Sequence record: DRR723986_4177
Length of the DNA: 64,000 nucleotides
Strand: one strand, 5' to 3'
Shown piece by piece: positions 40,099 through 49,002 of this stretch (positions within the stretch are counted from its first letter, which is position 1; each line of letters opens with the position of its first letter). A program made the position numbers and the translations under genes. The notes beneath the pieces were generated by a model. The model had not been told where the DNA came from. It ran no database searches and saw only the letters and a list, made by a program, of their open reading frames with translations.

Positions 40099-41102
40099 CG
40101 CATCGACCACCGGGTTTTGAAAATAATATACAAGAACACGGGCGCGCCGATCACGCCCATCACAACACCCAGCCGAAGCTGACCGCCACCAATGGGCAGA
40201 CGCGTGACGATATCGGCAGCCAGCAGTACCAGCGCCCCCATGAGGGCACTGGGCAGCATGATGCGCCGAGGCTCGAAGCCAATTACAGCGCGGACAAAAT
40301 GCGGCACGACAAGGCCGACAAAGCCAATGGCACCGGCCACCGCCACTGTTGCCCCCACCGCCAAAGCCGTACCTACCACCACGCGGAAGCGCAAGCGCTT
40401 GAGGTCAACCCCCATAGTGCGGGCGGTTTCTTCGCCGAGGCTAAGCGCATTCAGCCCCTGCCCTGCCCCCGCAACGCACAGCGTGCCTGCCGCCATAAAA
40501 GGCACAGCCAGATACAAATCATAATAGGTGCGGTTTTCAAGCGACCCCATCATCCACAGGATCATTTCCTGCAATGTCATCGGATGCGGTGCGAAATTCA
40601 TCACCAGGGAAATACCGGCACCAGCAAGGCTCGAAATACCAACGCCTGCAAGAATCAGCGTTAGCACGCTGGTCTCGCGCATGGAAATCAGCACCAGCAA
40701 AGCGGTGGCAATAAGCGCACCCGCAATGGCCCCAAAAGGCACAAGGAAAGAAATGGCAGATGTTGCACCAAGGTAAATGGTGACCACCGCCCCTAAACTG
40801 GCCGAGGCCGAAACACCCAGCACACCGGGGTCAGCCAGTGGGTTACGCAGCAAGCCCTGCAACAATGCGCCCGAATAGCCCAGCACTGCGCCGCACAATA
40901 TGGCCAGTATAATGCGCGGCAGCCTCAATTCTTGCACAATAATGTTTGTGGCCACATCTGCACGGCCCATAAGCCCCGCAAAAAATTGCCCAACTGTAAG
41001 CTCTGCCTGCCCAAAAAAACCCGCAAACATGGCTGTCGCCAACAAAACAAGGCAAAGCAAACCGTTTAGGCCGCGCGGCGATATGACATTGGGTTTGATC
41101 AT
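40095..41102 (-). CDS. FecCD/BtuC family ABC permease
   Basis: LRLPR, RNPLADPGVLG, LGEETA, IGFVGLVVPH. Confidence 0.92.
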   Translation of the reverse strand: MIKPNVISPRGLNGLLCLVLLATAMFAGFFGQAELTVGQFFAGLMGRADVATNIIVQELRLPRIILAILCGAVLGYSGALLQGLLRNPLADPGVLGVSASASLGAVVTIYLGATSAISFLVPFGAIAGALIATALLVLISMRETSVLTLILAGVGISSLAGAGISLVMNFAPHPMTLQEMILWMMGSLENRTYYDLYLAVPFMAAGTLCVAGAGQGLNALSLGEETARTMGVDLKRLRFRVVVGTALAVGATVAVAGAIGFVGLVVPHFVRAVIGFEPRRIMLPSALMGALVLLAADIVTRLPIGGGQLRLGVVMGVIGAPVFLYIIFKTRWSMR

Positions 41103-41200
41103 ATATCTTCAGTACCGACCATCATTAGTGAAAACTTGCTAGTGACCGCTATACGCGATGCCAGCACCTGCCCGCAAAGTTTAATATTCTAACGGCCTAA

Positions 41201-41677
41201 TTAATCGTTCAAATGATGCCCTACCGGAATGCTGGTGGTGTTTTTGACCGCTGTCAGAGCAATAGACGAACTGATTTCGCGCACGCCGTCGATGTGCGAA
41301 AGGCGTTTCCAGAAAAAATCCTCATAGGCCTGCACGTCTTTCACGACAACCTTCAGGATAAAGTCGATATCCCCCATCAGGGTATGGCATTCTATCACTT
41401 CCGGGAAGCTGCTTACCTTTTCAATAAACTCGGGCAGGCTGTCGCGGTTCTGGGCTTGCATTTTTACATGGGCAAACACCATAACGCCCAGCCCCACCTT
41501 TGCGGCATCAAGCAGAATAGTTTGTTTTTTTATAACACCGTCTGCTTCCATTTTCTGAATACGCCGCCAAACCGCCGATTTACTGGAGGCAACCTTCTCT
41601 GCCAAGTCAGCCAGCGAAATTCGGGCATCGTCTTGCATATAATCGAGAATTTGTGCGTCTGTTTTATCTAAATGCAA
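41201..41677 (-). CDS. Lrp/AsnC family regulator
   Basis: LDKTDAQIL, DARISLADLAEKV HTH, ECHTLMGDIDF; TTG start at 41677 assumed. Confidence 0.9.
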   Translation of the reverse strand: MHLDKTDAQILDYMQDDARISLADLAEKVASSKSAVWRRIQKMEADGVIKKQTILLDAAKVGLGVMVFAHVKMQAQNRDSLPEFIEKVSSFPEVIECHTLMGDIDFILKVVVKDVQAYEDFFWKRLSHIDGVREISSSIALTAVKNTTSIPVGHHLND

Positions 41678-41808
41678 AAAATTATTCCATATTATTAATA
41701 ATAATTGAGACAATTTCTCATATTTACCTCAATCAAGTCAACATCAGGAACCTAATTTCATAGTGACTGGGCTACATTCCACTGGTCAGCAAATAACAGG
41801 AGGTTCCC

Positions 41809-42078
41809 ATGGTACTGACAGGTAATACCCGCACCCGCTTTTCGGTGCATGCAGATTTTGAACCCAGCACGCTCGCCCGCGTTCTGGAACTATTTTCCGT
41901 TCGCGGCTTGGCTTATGACACAATGAGCGCGCGCAAAACCAGTGACGGCCTGCAATGGATTGAGCTGGATTGCAGCGATGTAGAAGACCAGCACGCCAGC
42001 GTTCTCCTTAACAAAATCCGCCAGATTATTACCGTGCGTACCGCCCGCATTGAAACAACGCTTCTGGCGACAGCCTAA
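41809..42078 (+). CDS. Stand-alone ACT-like domain protein
   Basis: AGGAGG SD; FSVHADFEPSTLARVLELFSVRG resembles IlvM/ACT pattern. Confidence 0.75.
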   Translation: MVLTGNTRTRFSVHADFEPSTLARVLELFSVRGLAYDTMSARKTSDGLQWIELDCSDVEDQHASVLLNKIRQIITVRTARIETTLLATA

Positions 42079-42098
42079 CTCTTTGATGTTGCTCAACG

Positions 42099-42141
42099 AC
42101 CCATGAAGCCGTTCGTCAGAAAGAGACACTTCATGGGTTTT
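42099..42141 (+). terminator. Stem-loop between convergent genes
   Basis: ACCCATGAAG...CTTCATGGGT followed by TTT. Confidence 0.55.
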
Positions 42142-42173
42142 CTGTTATGGTCAGCCGTAAAATGCTTGCGATG

Positions 42174-42761
42174 TCATGGTCGTCCATCCAGGAAATTTGC
42201 CCAATGTGTTGCCCATGTAAGCATCAGGCTTTTTGGTTTTGGGTTGACCGGGCCGAGTAACTGACCCTGCTTCCCGAGATAAAATAACCAGCCTCCAAAC
42301 ACGATATAAACCAACTCGGCGATGGAAGTCATTGGAAGCTGTTGCGTCGCTGGCTTATCTTTAAGCCATTCAAGCAGGCCGTTGAAAAGCTTTTCATTGG
42401 CTTCGGCCATTTTCGCAGACAAAAGCGGAATCCGACCTGCTTCCGCCTGAATAATCTGAGCCAAAGGCCCTCCCGATTCATTCAAACGCTCGTAAGCTTG
42501 CGCTATATAGACAAGTTCAGCTCTTGTGTCTTCGAGGTTGAATATACTATCCAGACCAAGACGCTCGGGCGTTTCAAGTCTTGTCTCCGCAAGAATCAGC
42601 AAAATATCTTCCTTACTCTTGAAATGACGGTAAAAGCCCCCAGCACGCGGCGTCAAACCAGCGGCTTTTTCCAGATCACCAACAGATGTTGCCTCGTATC
42701 CTACATCAGCAAATAATTTTGCTGCAGCATTGATCAGGTTCTGACGCGTATTTTTTGGCAT
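42174..42761 (-). CDS. TetR/AcrR family regulator
   Basis: AAAKLFADVGYEATSV...GGFYRHFKSKEDIL. Confidence 0.9.
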   Translation of the reverse strand: MPKNTRQNLINAAAKLFADVGYEATSVGDLEKAAGLTPRAGGFYRHFKSKEDILLILAETRLETPERLGLDSIFNLEDTRAELVYIAQAYERLNESGGPLAQIIQAEAGRIPLLSAKMAEANEKLFNGLLEWLKDKPATQQLPMTSIAELVYIVFGGWLFYLGKQGQLLGPVNPKPKSLMLTWATHWANFLDGRP

Positions 42762-42779
42762 ACAAGTTTCCAATTGACA

Positions 42780-42820
42780 TATGTAATCATGGATTACATA
42801 AAATAATCAAAGATTACATA
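42780..42820. promoter_or_regulatory. Palindromic operator plus a second imperfect copy
   Basis: TATGTAATC-ATG-GATTACATA (42780-42800), then TAATC-AAAA-GATTACATA. Confidence 0.72.
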
Positions 42821-42842
42821 TCAAAGTTATCAGGAATATTTA

Positions 42843-43556
42843 ATGGCATATTTAGCAAATTTACCAGAAGCGAATACTCTACCATTTTCAAAATTATCAT
42901 TGGTCAAGGATGTCATATCTTTTTTGACTTTAGCATGTTTCTTCATTGCACTTGATCTCCATATAGGCCTACCGGCGATGTATGCGGGTTTTATTAGTAT
43001 TATAGGTGCCTTTCTTTCAGTCTTGCTTATTCTGCACATACGTCAGCAAAAAATTGTCGGATTAGGGCTAAAAAAACCCGAGAACCTGAAAACTTTACCT
43101 CTATGGATTATAGGAATACTTGTCATCACTGTCGGTATCGCTGGTGGCGCCCAACTTTTAGCTTCCCAATTCATTGATGGTAAGGTGGATCTCAGTAAAT
43201 TTGCAGCGCTTCACCAAAATGTGCCAATGCTTGTCATGTCATTGCTCAGCGTATGGGTCACAGCGGCCTTCTTCGAGGAAATCGTTTTTCGGGGCTTTTT
43301 ACTTGGCCGACTGATAGACATATGGGGCATAGGCGCAACGGGCAAGGCGATAGCAGTTATTACACATGCTATTCTTTTCGGTGCACTCCATGCCTATCAA
43401 GGTCCGCTAGGCATCGTAACCACAAGTGTAGTGGCCATAGTCTTTGGGCTGTTCTTCGTAGTGCTGAAAAGAAACCTCTGGGCATTAATAATCGTTCACG
43501 GCTTGATAGACACGATGGGCATTATTCAATTCTTTTTGTTAGGCTTACCAAGCTAA
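42843..43556 (+). CDS. CPBP (Abi/CAAX) intramembrane glutamic endopeptidase
   Basis: EEIVFRG, FGALH, IVHGLID. Confidence 0.9.
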   Translation: MAYLANLPEANTLPFSKLSLVKDVISFLTLACFFIALDLHIGLPAMYAGFISIIGAFLSVLLILHIRQQKIVGLGLKKPENLKTLPLWIIGILVITVGIAGGAQLLASQFIDGKVDLSKFAALHQNVPMLVMSLLSVWVTAAFFEEIVFRGFLLGRLIDIWGIGATGKAIAVITHAILFGALHAYQGPLGIVTTSVVAIVFGLFFVVLKRNLWALIIVHGLIDTMGIIQFFLLGLPS

Positions 43557-43582
43557 GGAACGTAGGAGTTAATTCCTCTCAT

Positions 43583-46500
43583 CTATTCTTTCCGCTGGAA
43601 ATACATGGTCGGCGTGGGCGCAGGGTTCGGGTAAACACGCGAAGCATCATCACCGCTGTATAGCACACCGTTTTGCATCACCCACCTAACGGCGCGGGCG
43701 TTTTTGATGTCCTCAAGTGGGTTCTTGTCCATCACAACCAAATCAGCGAACTTGCCAACCTCAATAGAGCCAAGCTCATCAGCAAAACCATGATACCAAG
43801 CACCGTTAATGGTTGAAATATCAATGATCTGCGCCGGGGTGAACCCGCCCATTTGGTACAGCTCCATTTCCCAGTGTGCATCCAAGCCACTCATTTGACC
43901 GTGCGCCCCAAGTTGTAGAGAAACCCCCACTTCATAGAGCGGCTTCAACTCAGCCGCCATTTTAGGGGCATATTGCTCGTCGTCCCAATAATGGGTGGGC
44001 CTGCGCGTACGCAGCAACTCATCGCGGGTTTGGAATTTCAGTAATTTGGGGTCTTCCCATACCCGCTCCGTACGATGGAAATAGGTTTCCCCAGACGGAC
44101 CATTATACACCACAATCAGGGTCGGCGTAACGCCCACGTCAGTTGCTGCCATAAACTTAGTCACGTCACCGTATAGCGGCGTCATGCCCATAGAATGCTC
44201 AAGGCCGGTAATGCCATCAATAATTTGCGTCATGTTCATCTGCAAATTGCCGGCGGTTTCGGCCACATCATGGATACCAATTTCACGCGAAGCAGCAATG
44301 GTTGCGTGCCGGGCCCGCCGTGTGAACTGGGTGTAATCCTTAACTGCTTCAGCCCCGAAAGCATGGTTGTAGCTTAATGCCTGGCGTGCTTCGTCTAAGT
44401 TAGTGATGGGCCGCATCAAACCCTTGCGGTATTTAGCCCCGAAAATAGGCGTGCCAGTAGTAAACAAGCGCGACCCATAGGTTTTGCCTGCCTCAAGCCT
44501 GTCGCGCACCCACGCATCTTTTTCTGCGGTGCCGTATACTTCATATAGCGTGGTCACGCCCTGTGCCAGCGGCGACAAAAGCCCCGGCAGCGAGTCCTCA
44601 AGCGCGTGAAGATATGATTGGTTATCACCGCCGTAATGACCGTGCGCATCCACAATACCTGGCATGATAAATTTGCCAGTTGCATCAAACACTTTGGCCC
44701 CGTCAGGTACGGCAACATCAGCACCAACAGCAACAATTTTGTCGTCTGTTACCAACACCGTTGCATTTTCAATAACGCGGCGATCACCGTCTACCGTAAT
44801 AACGGTTGCCCCCGTAAGTGCAATCGTACCGCTTGGTTTTGCAACAGTATATTCAACGCCTATATCGGTAACCTTTGCGCTGTCGGCTTTGCCTGCCAGC
44901 ACATCATCCAATGACTTTTGATAAAAGTCGGTGCCGCGGGTCCAGTAAACACCTTTGCTGTCAGCCTGCCACCCCATGTAGACACCTTCATTGGTATCAA
45001 CACGCTTGGTGAAACCCATGCCGTTTTCGGCACTAATTTTCTGCGTTATGCCCACATAATCAAAAGGCGTAACAAAGGTGCGCTGATATTCCCGAAAAGC
45101 AATCCACTTCATATCGGGCGACAGCATAGCCCGGGAAGATGTCGGAAAATTATATAATGTTTTCTCACCGCGTCCGTCCAGGCCTATGTTTTTCAACTTC
45201 AGGCCATCGTCGCTGAACTCAACATAATAGATCGAGGTGCCATCATCTGAGAAACGAAGGGGCGACGCGCGCCGTATTTCGGGCGTATTGCCGTTGGACC
45301 AGTTGGCACGCACGTCTGTAACCTTGCTGATCACGCCGTCGCTATCGCGCACCATTAGTTCAAAGCTTTGCTGAAACTCAAGCCGTCCGCCGTTGGCCAG
45401 CGTACCCGGTCCCCGCAAAAATGCCAGCATCTTGCCGTCGTTAGAAAGTGCAAGCGCACCATACTGCGTCGCGAGACTGGTTAGCTTTTCTGCCCGGCCC
45501 GTAAGCTTGCCGCCGCGCATAGACCGGCGGTAAATAGCGCCGAAATCATCATCACTCCATGTGGTATAATACAGCTTTTTATCTGCCGGGTTATACAGCG
45601 GGTTTGCCTCAAGCGTATCGCTGTCTGTAAGATTGCGGTTACTGCCATCCGAATGCAGGTATATGTCGCCCAGCGCTTCCGACAATATGCCGTCTTTCAT
45701 AGGGTTGGCAAAGCGCTGAATGCGGGTTTTTGACTGCCCAGTTTTAATGCGGTTCACCGTGCGCACGGTTTTGTTAACCTCGCGCGATACTTGTGCAGTG
45801 AAGGGTATTTCCGTAACCGCACCAGTATCCATATTTACGCGCAACAATTTACCGCCATTGCTAAACACAAGATCACTGTCAGATGCCCAGCTCATGCCCG
45901 CACCTGAGCCATATTGGCTAAGGTTTTCCATTTGGTCACGGTCAAGGTCGGTTAGAACCAGCTTGTCTTTGCCGGTATTCAGGTCACGCACATAAAGCGA
46001 CGTGGCTAAGTCTTCGCGCCCCATAAAGGCAAGCCGCTCACCGTTTGGCGACAGCTCGGGGTTAAATACGCCGCCCGCCTTTCGGACGTATATTTCAGTA
46101 TCACCCGTTGACTTATTGAAGCGGTATATGCGCGCACCGTCACTGGGCAAATTGCCGTTCACATGCTCATAATAAATATAACCACGCTTAGCATCATCAA
46201 TATAGTGGTTGGCAAACCGGAACACGGCGCTTTTGAGCAGTTCCTGCTTTTTGCCAAAACGATTATACATTTCACCGTGCAAAGTAAGCTCGCGCGGGAA
46301 ACGCACAGCAAATATATGTCGGCCATCTGCGGACCAGTTGCCGCGCAACACGGGGTCATTTGATTTTGTCAAATTTTCCAACGCACCGCTTTCACGGTTC
46401 ATAATCCAGATATTATCAGCACCGCTGCGGTCAGACGTGAAGGCAATTTCACTGCCATCGGGGCTATAGCGCGGCATGTGGTTCCACGACCGCCCAGCGG

Positions 46501-46783
46501 TCAGAGCCTTTGCATCGCCGCCTTTAATTGGCATTTCGTATATATGCCCCAATAGATCAAACACAACCATCTCACCGTCAGGCGAAACATCCACGCTCAT
46601 CCATGTACCTTCGGATGTTTCAAATTCAATCAGCTGTGTCGGCGTGCCTTCCGGGTTTGCAGTATCAATTGACCACTCTTCTTTTTCGTCAGCTGCATTT
46701 AATGAATTTAATGTAATACTACATAGTAGTACAAATGATGATCCGACGACCACAGCAGCCCGGCCTAATGAATAAAAAGTCAT
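43583..46783 (-). CDS. Exported amidohydrolase with N-terminal TolB-like (PD40) beta-propellers
   Basis: EGTWMSVDVSPDG, PRYSPDG repeats; MPGIVDAHGH, LEHS, GAHGQ, GSIEVGKFADLVV. Confidence 0.88.
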   Translation of the reverse strand: MTFYSLGRAAVVVGSSFVLLCSITLNSLNAADEKEEWSIDTANPEGTPTQLIEFETSEGTWMSVDVSPDGEMVVFDLLGHIYEMPIKGGDAKALTAGRSWNHMPRYSPDGSEIAFTSDRSGADNIWIMNRESGALENLTKSNDPVLRGNWSADGRHIFAVRFPRELTLHGEMYNRFGKKQELLKSAVFRFANHYIDDAKRGYIYYEHVNGNLPSDGARIYRFNKSTGDTEIYVRKAGGVFNPELSPNGERLAFMGREDLATSLYVRDLNTGKDKLVLTDLDRDQMENLSQYGSGAGMSWASDSDLVFSNGGKLLRVNMDTGAVTEIPFTAQVSREVNKTVRTVNRIKTGQSKTRIQRFANPMKDGILSEALGDIYLHSDGSNRNLTDSDTLEANPLYNPADKKLYYTTWSDDDFGAIYRRSMRGGKLTGRAEKLTSLATQYGALALSNDGKMLAFLRGPGTLANGGRLEFQQSFELMVRDSDGVISKVTDVRANWSNGNTPEIRRASPLRFSDDGTSIYYVEFSDDGLKLKNIGLDGRGEKTLYNFPTSSRAMLSPDMKWIAFREYQRTFVTPFDYVGITQKISAENGMGFTKRVDTNEGVYMGWQADSKGVYWTRGTDFYQKSLDDVLAGKADSAKVTDIGVEYTVAKPSGTIALTGATVITVDGDRRVIENATVLVTDDKIVAVGADVAVPDGAKVFDATGKFIMPGIVDAHGHYGGDNQSYLHALEDSLPGLLSPLAQGVTTLYEVYGTAEKDAWVRDRLEAGKTYGSRLFTTGTPIFGAKYRKGLMRPITNLDEARQALSYNHAFGAEAVKDYTQFTRRARHATIAASREIGIHDVAETAGNLQMNMTQIIDGITGLEHSMGMTPLYGDVTKFMAATDVGVTPTLIVVYNGPSGETYFHRTERVWEDPKLLKFQTRDELLRTRRPTHYWDDEQYAPKMAAELKPLYEVGVSLQLGAHGQMSGLDAHWEMELYQMGGFTPAQIIDISTINGAWYHGFADELGSIEVGKFADLVVMDKNPLEDIKNARAVRWVMQNGVLYSGDDASRVYPNPAPTPTMYFQRKE

Positions 46784-46878
46784 GCGTTTATCTCCCCCCA
46801 AATGCCCGAGGGCATATACATCAAAAACTCAGAACATATGATACCAGCTTCATGAAAAAAGCCTGTGAGCTTTATTGA

Positions 46879-48801
46879 TTACCAGGCAATACCATAATCG
46901 TCGCCGCTATCGCTGGCACCGCCCCACATGGAGCCGGTTTTATGGTCAAAGTAAATTGCCGTTACCGGGCTGTAGGTGCGGTTCACAATTTCCACCCGGT
47001 AACCACGCTTGGTAAGCTCACTGCGGACCCACTCAGACACCTTGCCTGTTACTTGAATGCGCCCCGGTTCTGATTTGTGTGCACCAAAGCTGCTTTGCAT
47101 TTGATAGCTGGTCACATTATGCGCCTCAACCGCTTCCTGCACGTTCATGTCAAACTCAATCATATTGAGGAAAAACTGCAGCAGGTTTTGGTCTTGGCTG
47201 TCACCACCCTGCACAGAAAACGCCATTAAGGGCTTGCCGTCCTTCAATGCAAGGCTTGGTGTCAATGTTGCGCGTGGGCGCTTGCCCGGTGCCACCACGT
47301 TAAACGGGTTCAGGCTTTCATCCAACACAAAGCTTTGCATACGTTGGCTGAGGCCAACGCCAGTTTCACCTGCGATAAAGGCCGGTATCCAGCCACCGCT
47401 GGGCGTGATGGAAACAACCCAGCCTTCGGCATCTGCCGCTTGAATGGACGTGGTGCCTGCAAGAAAGGCTTCATCGTCTGTCATCAAGTTTGGCACACTA
47501 TTTTGAGCAACCTGAAAACCATCAGCGCCTTCGCCTTTGCCTTTCGGCGGGATGGGTGTCCATTTTTCAAGCAAGTCTGTAAAGGGGTTTGTGCCGCCCT
47601 GAAACGGGTACGGATCACCCGGCTTCACATTTTCGTCGTTCCTGCCCCAATTGATCTGAGCGCGGCGCTGGTCCGCATATTCTTTTGAAAGTAGCCCATC
47701 AATCGGCTCTTCGGGGGCCAGATATGGGTCACCGTAATAAAAATCTCGGTCGGCAAAGGACAAGTTCATAGCCTGATACAATGCGTGGATATAATTCAGC
47801 GAATTATAGCCCATTTTTTTCAAATCCATCTTTTCAAGTATGTTCAAAGCCTGCAGTAAAACCGGGCCTTGCACCCATGTGGTCAGCTTGTAAACGTCTA
47901 CACCCTTATAATTTGTGCTGACCGGCTCCTCCAGATAAACCTGCCACTTGTCCAAATCTTCCATCGTCATGAGACCACCGTATTCCCTGGAGCCGCGCAC
48001 CAATTCTTCGGCGATGTCACCGCGGTAAAACCGGTCGTAAGCGGCGTAAATGGCTTCCTTACGGCTTTTGCCTGCCGCCAAGGCTTCGGCTTCGGTGTCT
48101 ACCAGCTTTTGCAATGTGGCCAGTAATTTATGCTGCTTGAAAATTTCACCTGCATAGGGGGCGGCACGCTCCTGACTATCATCCTCATTCAGGTGCGGCA
48201 GGAAAACCTCACGGGAATATTTCCAACTAGACAGTAATTCTTTGCGACGCTCAATGTTGTCCGCCTGATTTTCCTCAATTGGGTAGCCATCAGCCATTTG
48301 CATGGCCGGTGCAAGCACTTCCTTTAGGCTCAGTTTGCCGTATTCAGCCAACATCACCATCAAGCCGCCCGGGGTGCCCGGCGTTACCGCTGCCAAAGGA
48401 CCGTATTCCGGCGGGTATGCCATGCCTTTGTCTTTGAAAAACTCTGGCGTTGCGCCGGTGGGCGCTACACCGAGTGCATTAATGCCAATCACCTTACCTG
48501 TTTCGGGGTTGTAAATCAGCGCTTGTGTTTCGCCGCCCCAGCCAAGCGTGTCCCACATAGTGCTGGTTGCCGCCAACATGGCACAGGCTGCATCCACCGC
48601 ATTGCCGCCGCGCGTGAACGTCATGCTACCAGCCGTTGCCGCCAAGGGCTTACCCGTAACCGCAACCCAGTGTTTGCCGTGCAGTACCGGCTTAAGCGTT
48701 TGCGCACTCGCGGGCATAGACGAGCCTATAACCGCAACGCTGCATAGCGCAGACACAAATAATGATGACCTAAAATAGGAAAGGCGAAAACGTGACAACA
48801 T
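46879..48801 (-). CDS. Gamma-glutamyltransferase-family Ntn hydrolase (divergent paralog)
   Basis: GGNAVDAA, GTTSIQAAD (Thr nucleophile), PGKRPRATLTP, GGDSQDQ; signal peptide. Confidence 0.88.
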   Translation of the reverse strand: MLSRFRLSYFRSSLFVSALCSVAVIGSSMPASAQTLKPVLHGKHWVAVTGKPLAATAGSMTFTRGGNAVDAACAMLAATSTMWDTLGWGGETQALIYNPETGKVIGINALGVAPTGATPEFFKDKGMAYPPEYGPLAAVTPGTPGGLMVMLAEYGKLSLKEVLAPAMQMADGYPIEENQADNIERRKELLSSWKYSREVFLPHLNEDDSQERAAPYAGEIFKQHKLLATLQKLVDTEAEALAAGKSRKEAIYAAYDRFYRGDIAEELVRGSREYGGLMTMEDLDKWQVYLEEPVSTNYKGVDVYKLTTWVQGPVLLQALNILEKMDLKKMGYNSLNYIHALYQAMNLSFADRDFYYGDPYLAPEEPIDGLLSKEYADQRRAQINWGRNDENVKPGDPYPFQGGTNPFTDLLEKWTPIPPKGKGEGADGFQVAQNSVPNLMTDDEAFLAGTTSIQAADAEGWVVSITPSGGWIPAFIAGETGVGLSQRMQSFVLDESLNPFNVVAPGKRPRATLTPSLALKDGKPLMAFSVQGGDSQDQNLLQFFLNMIEFDMNVQEAVEAHNVTSYQMQSSFGAHKSEPGRIQVTGKVSEWVRSELTKRGYRVEIVNRTYSPVTAIYFDHKTGSMWGGASDSGDDYGIAW

Positions 48802-49002
48802 GAAAGACCCCAATTTGTGATAAACCCAAGAGACAAGCCTAATCAGCGCTTAATGAAAAGTAAACACGCGCCGTACGATGGAGTTTTAACATAAAAGTGT
48901 CTTTCCCTTTGTTCATGGGTCATTAAGGTTACATAGCGATAAACGAAAAGATGTATCTGACGTTTGGTTTTTACATCAGACCCGTTTTGACTAGGAGTAT
49001 TT

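Noticed and set aside
41103-41200. Cobalamin riboswitch upstream of the BtuC-like gene
   Set aside because: The gap is only 98 bp and no B12-box was recognisable
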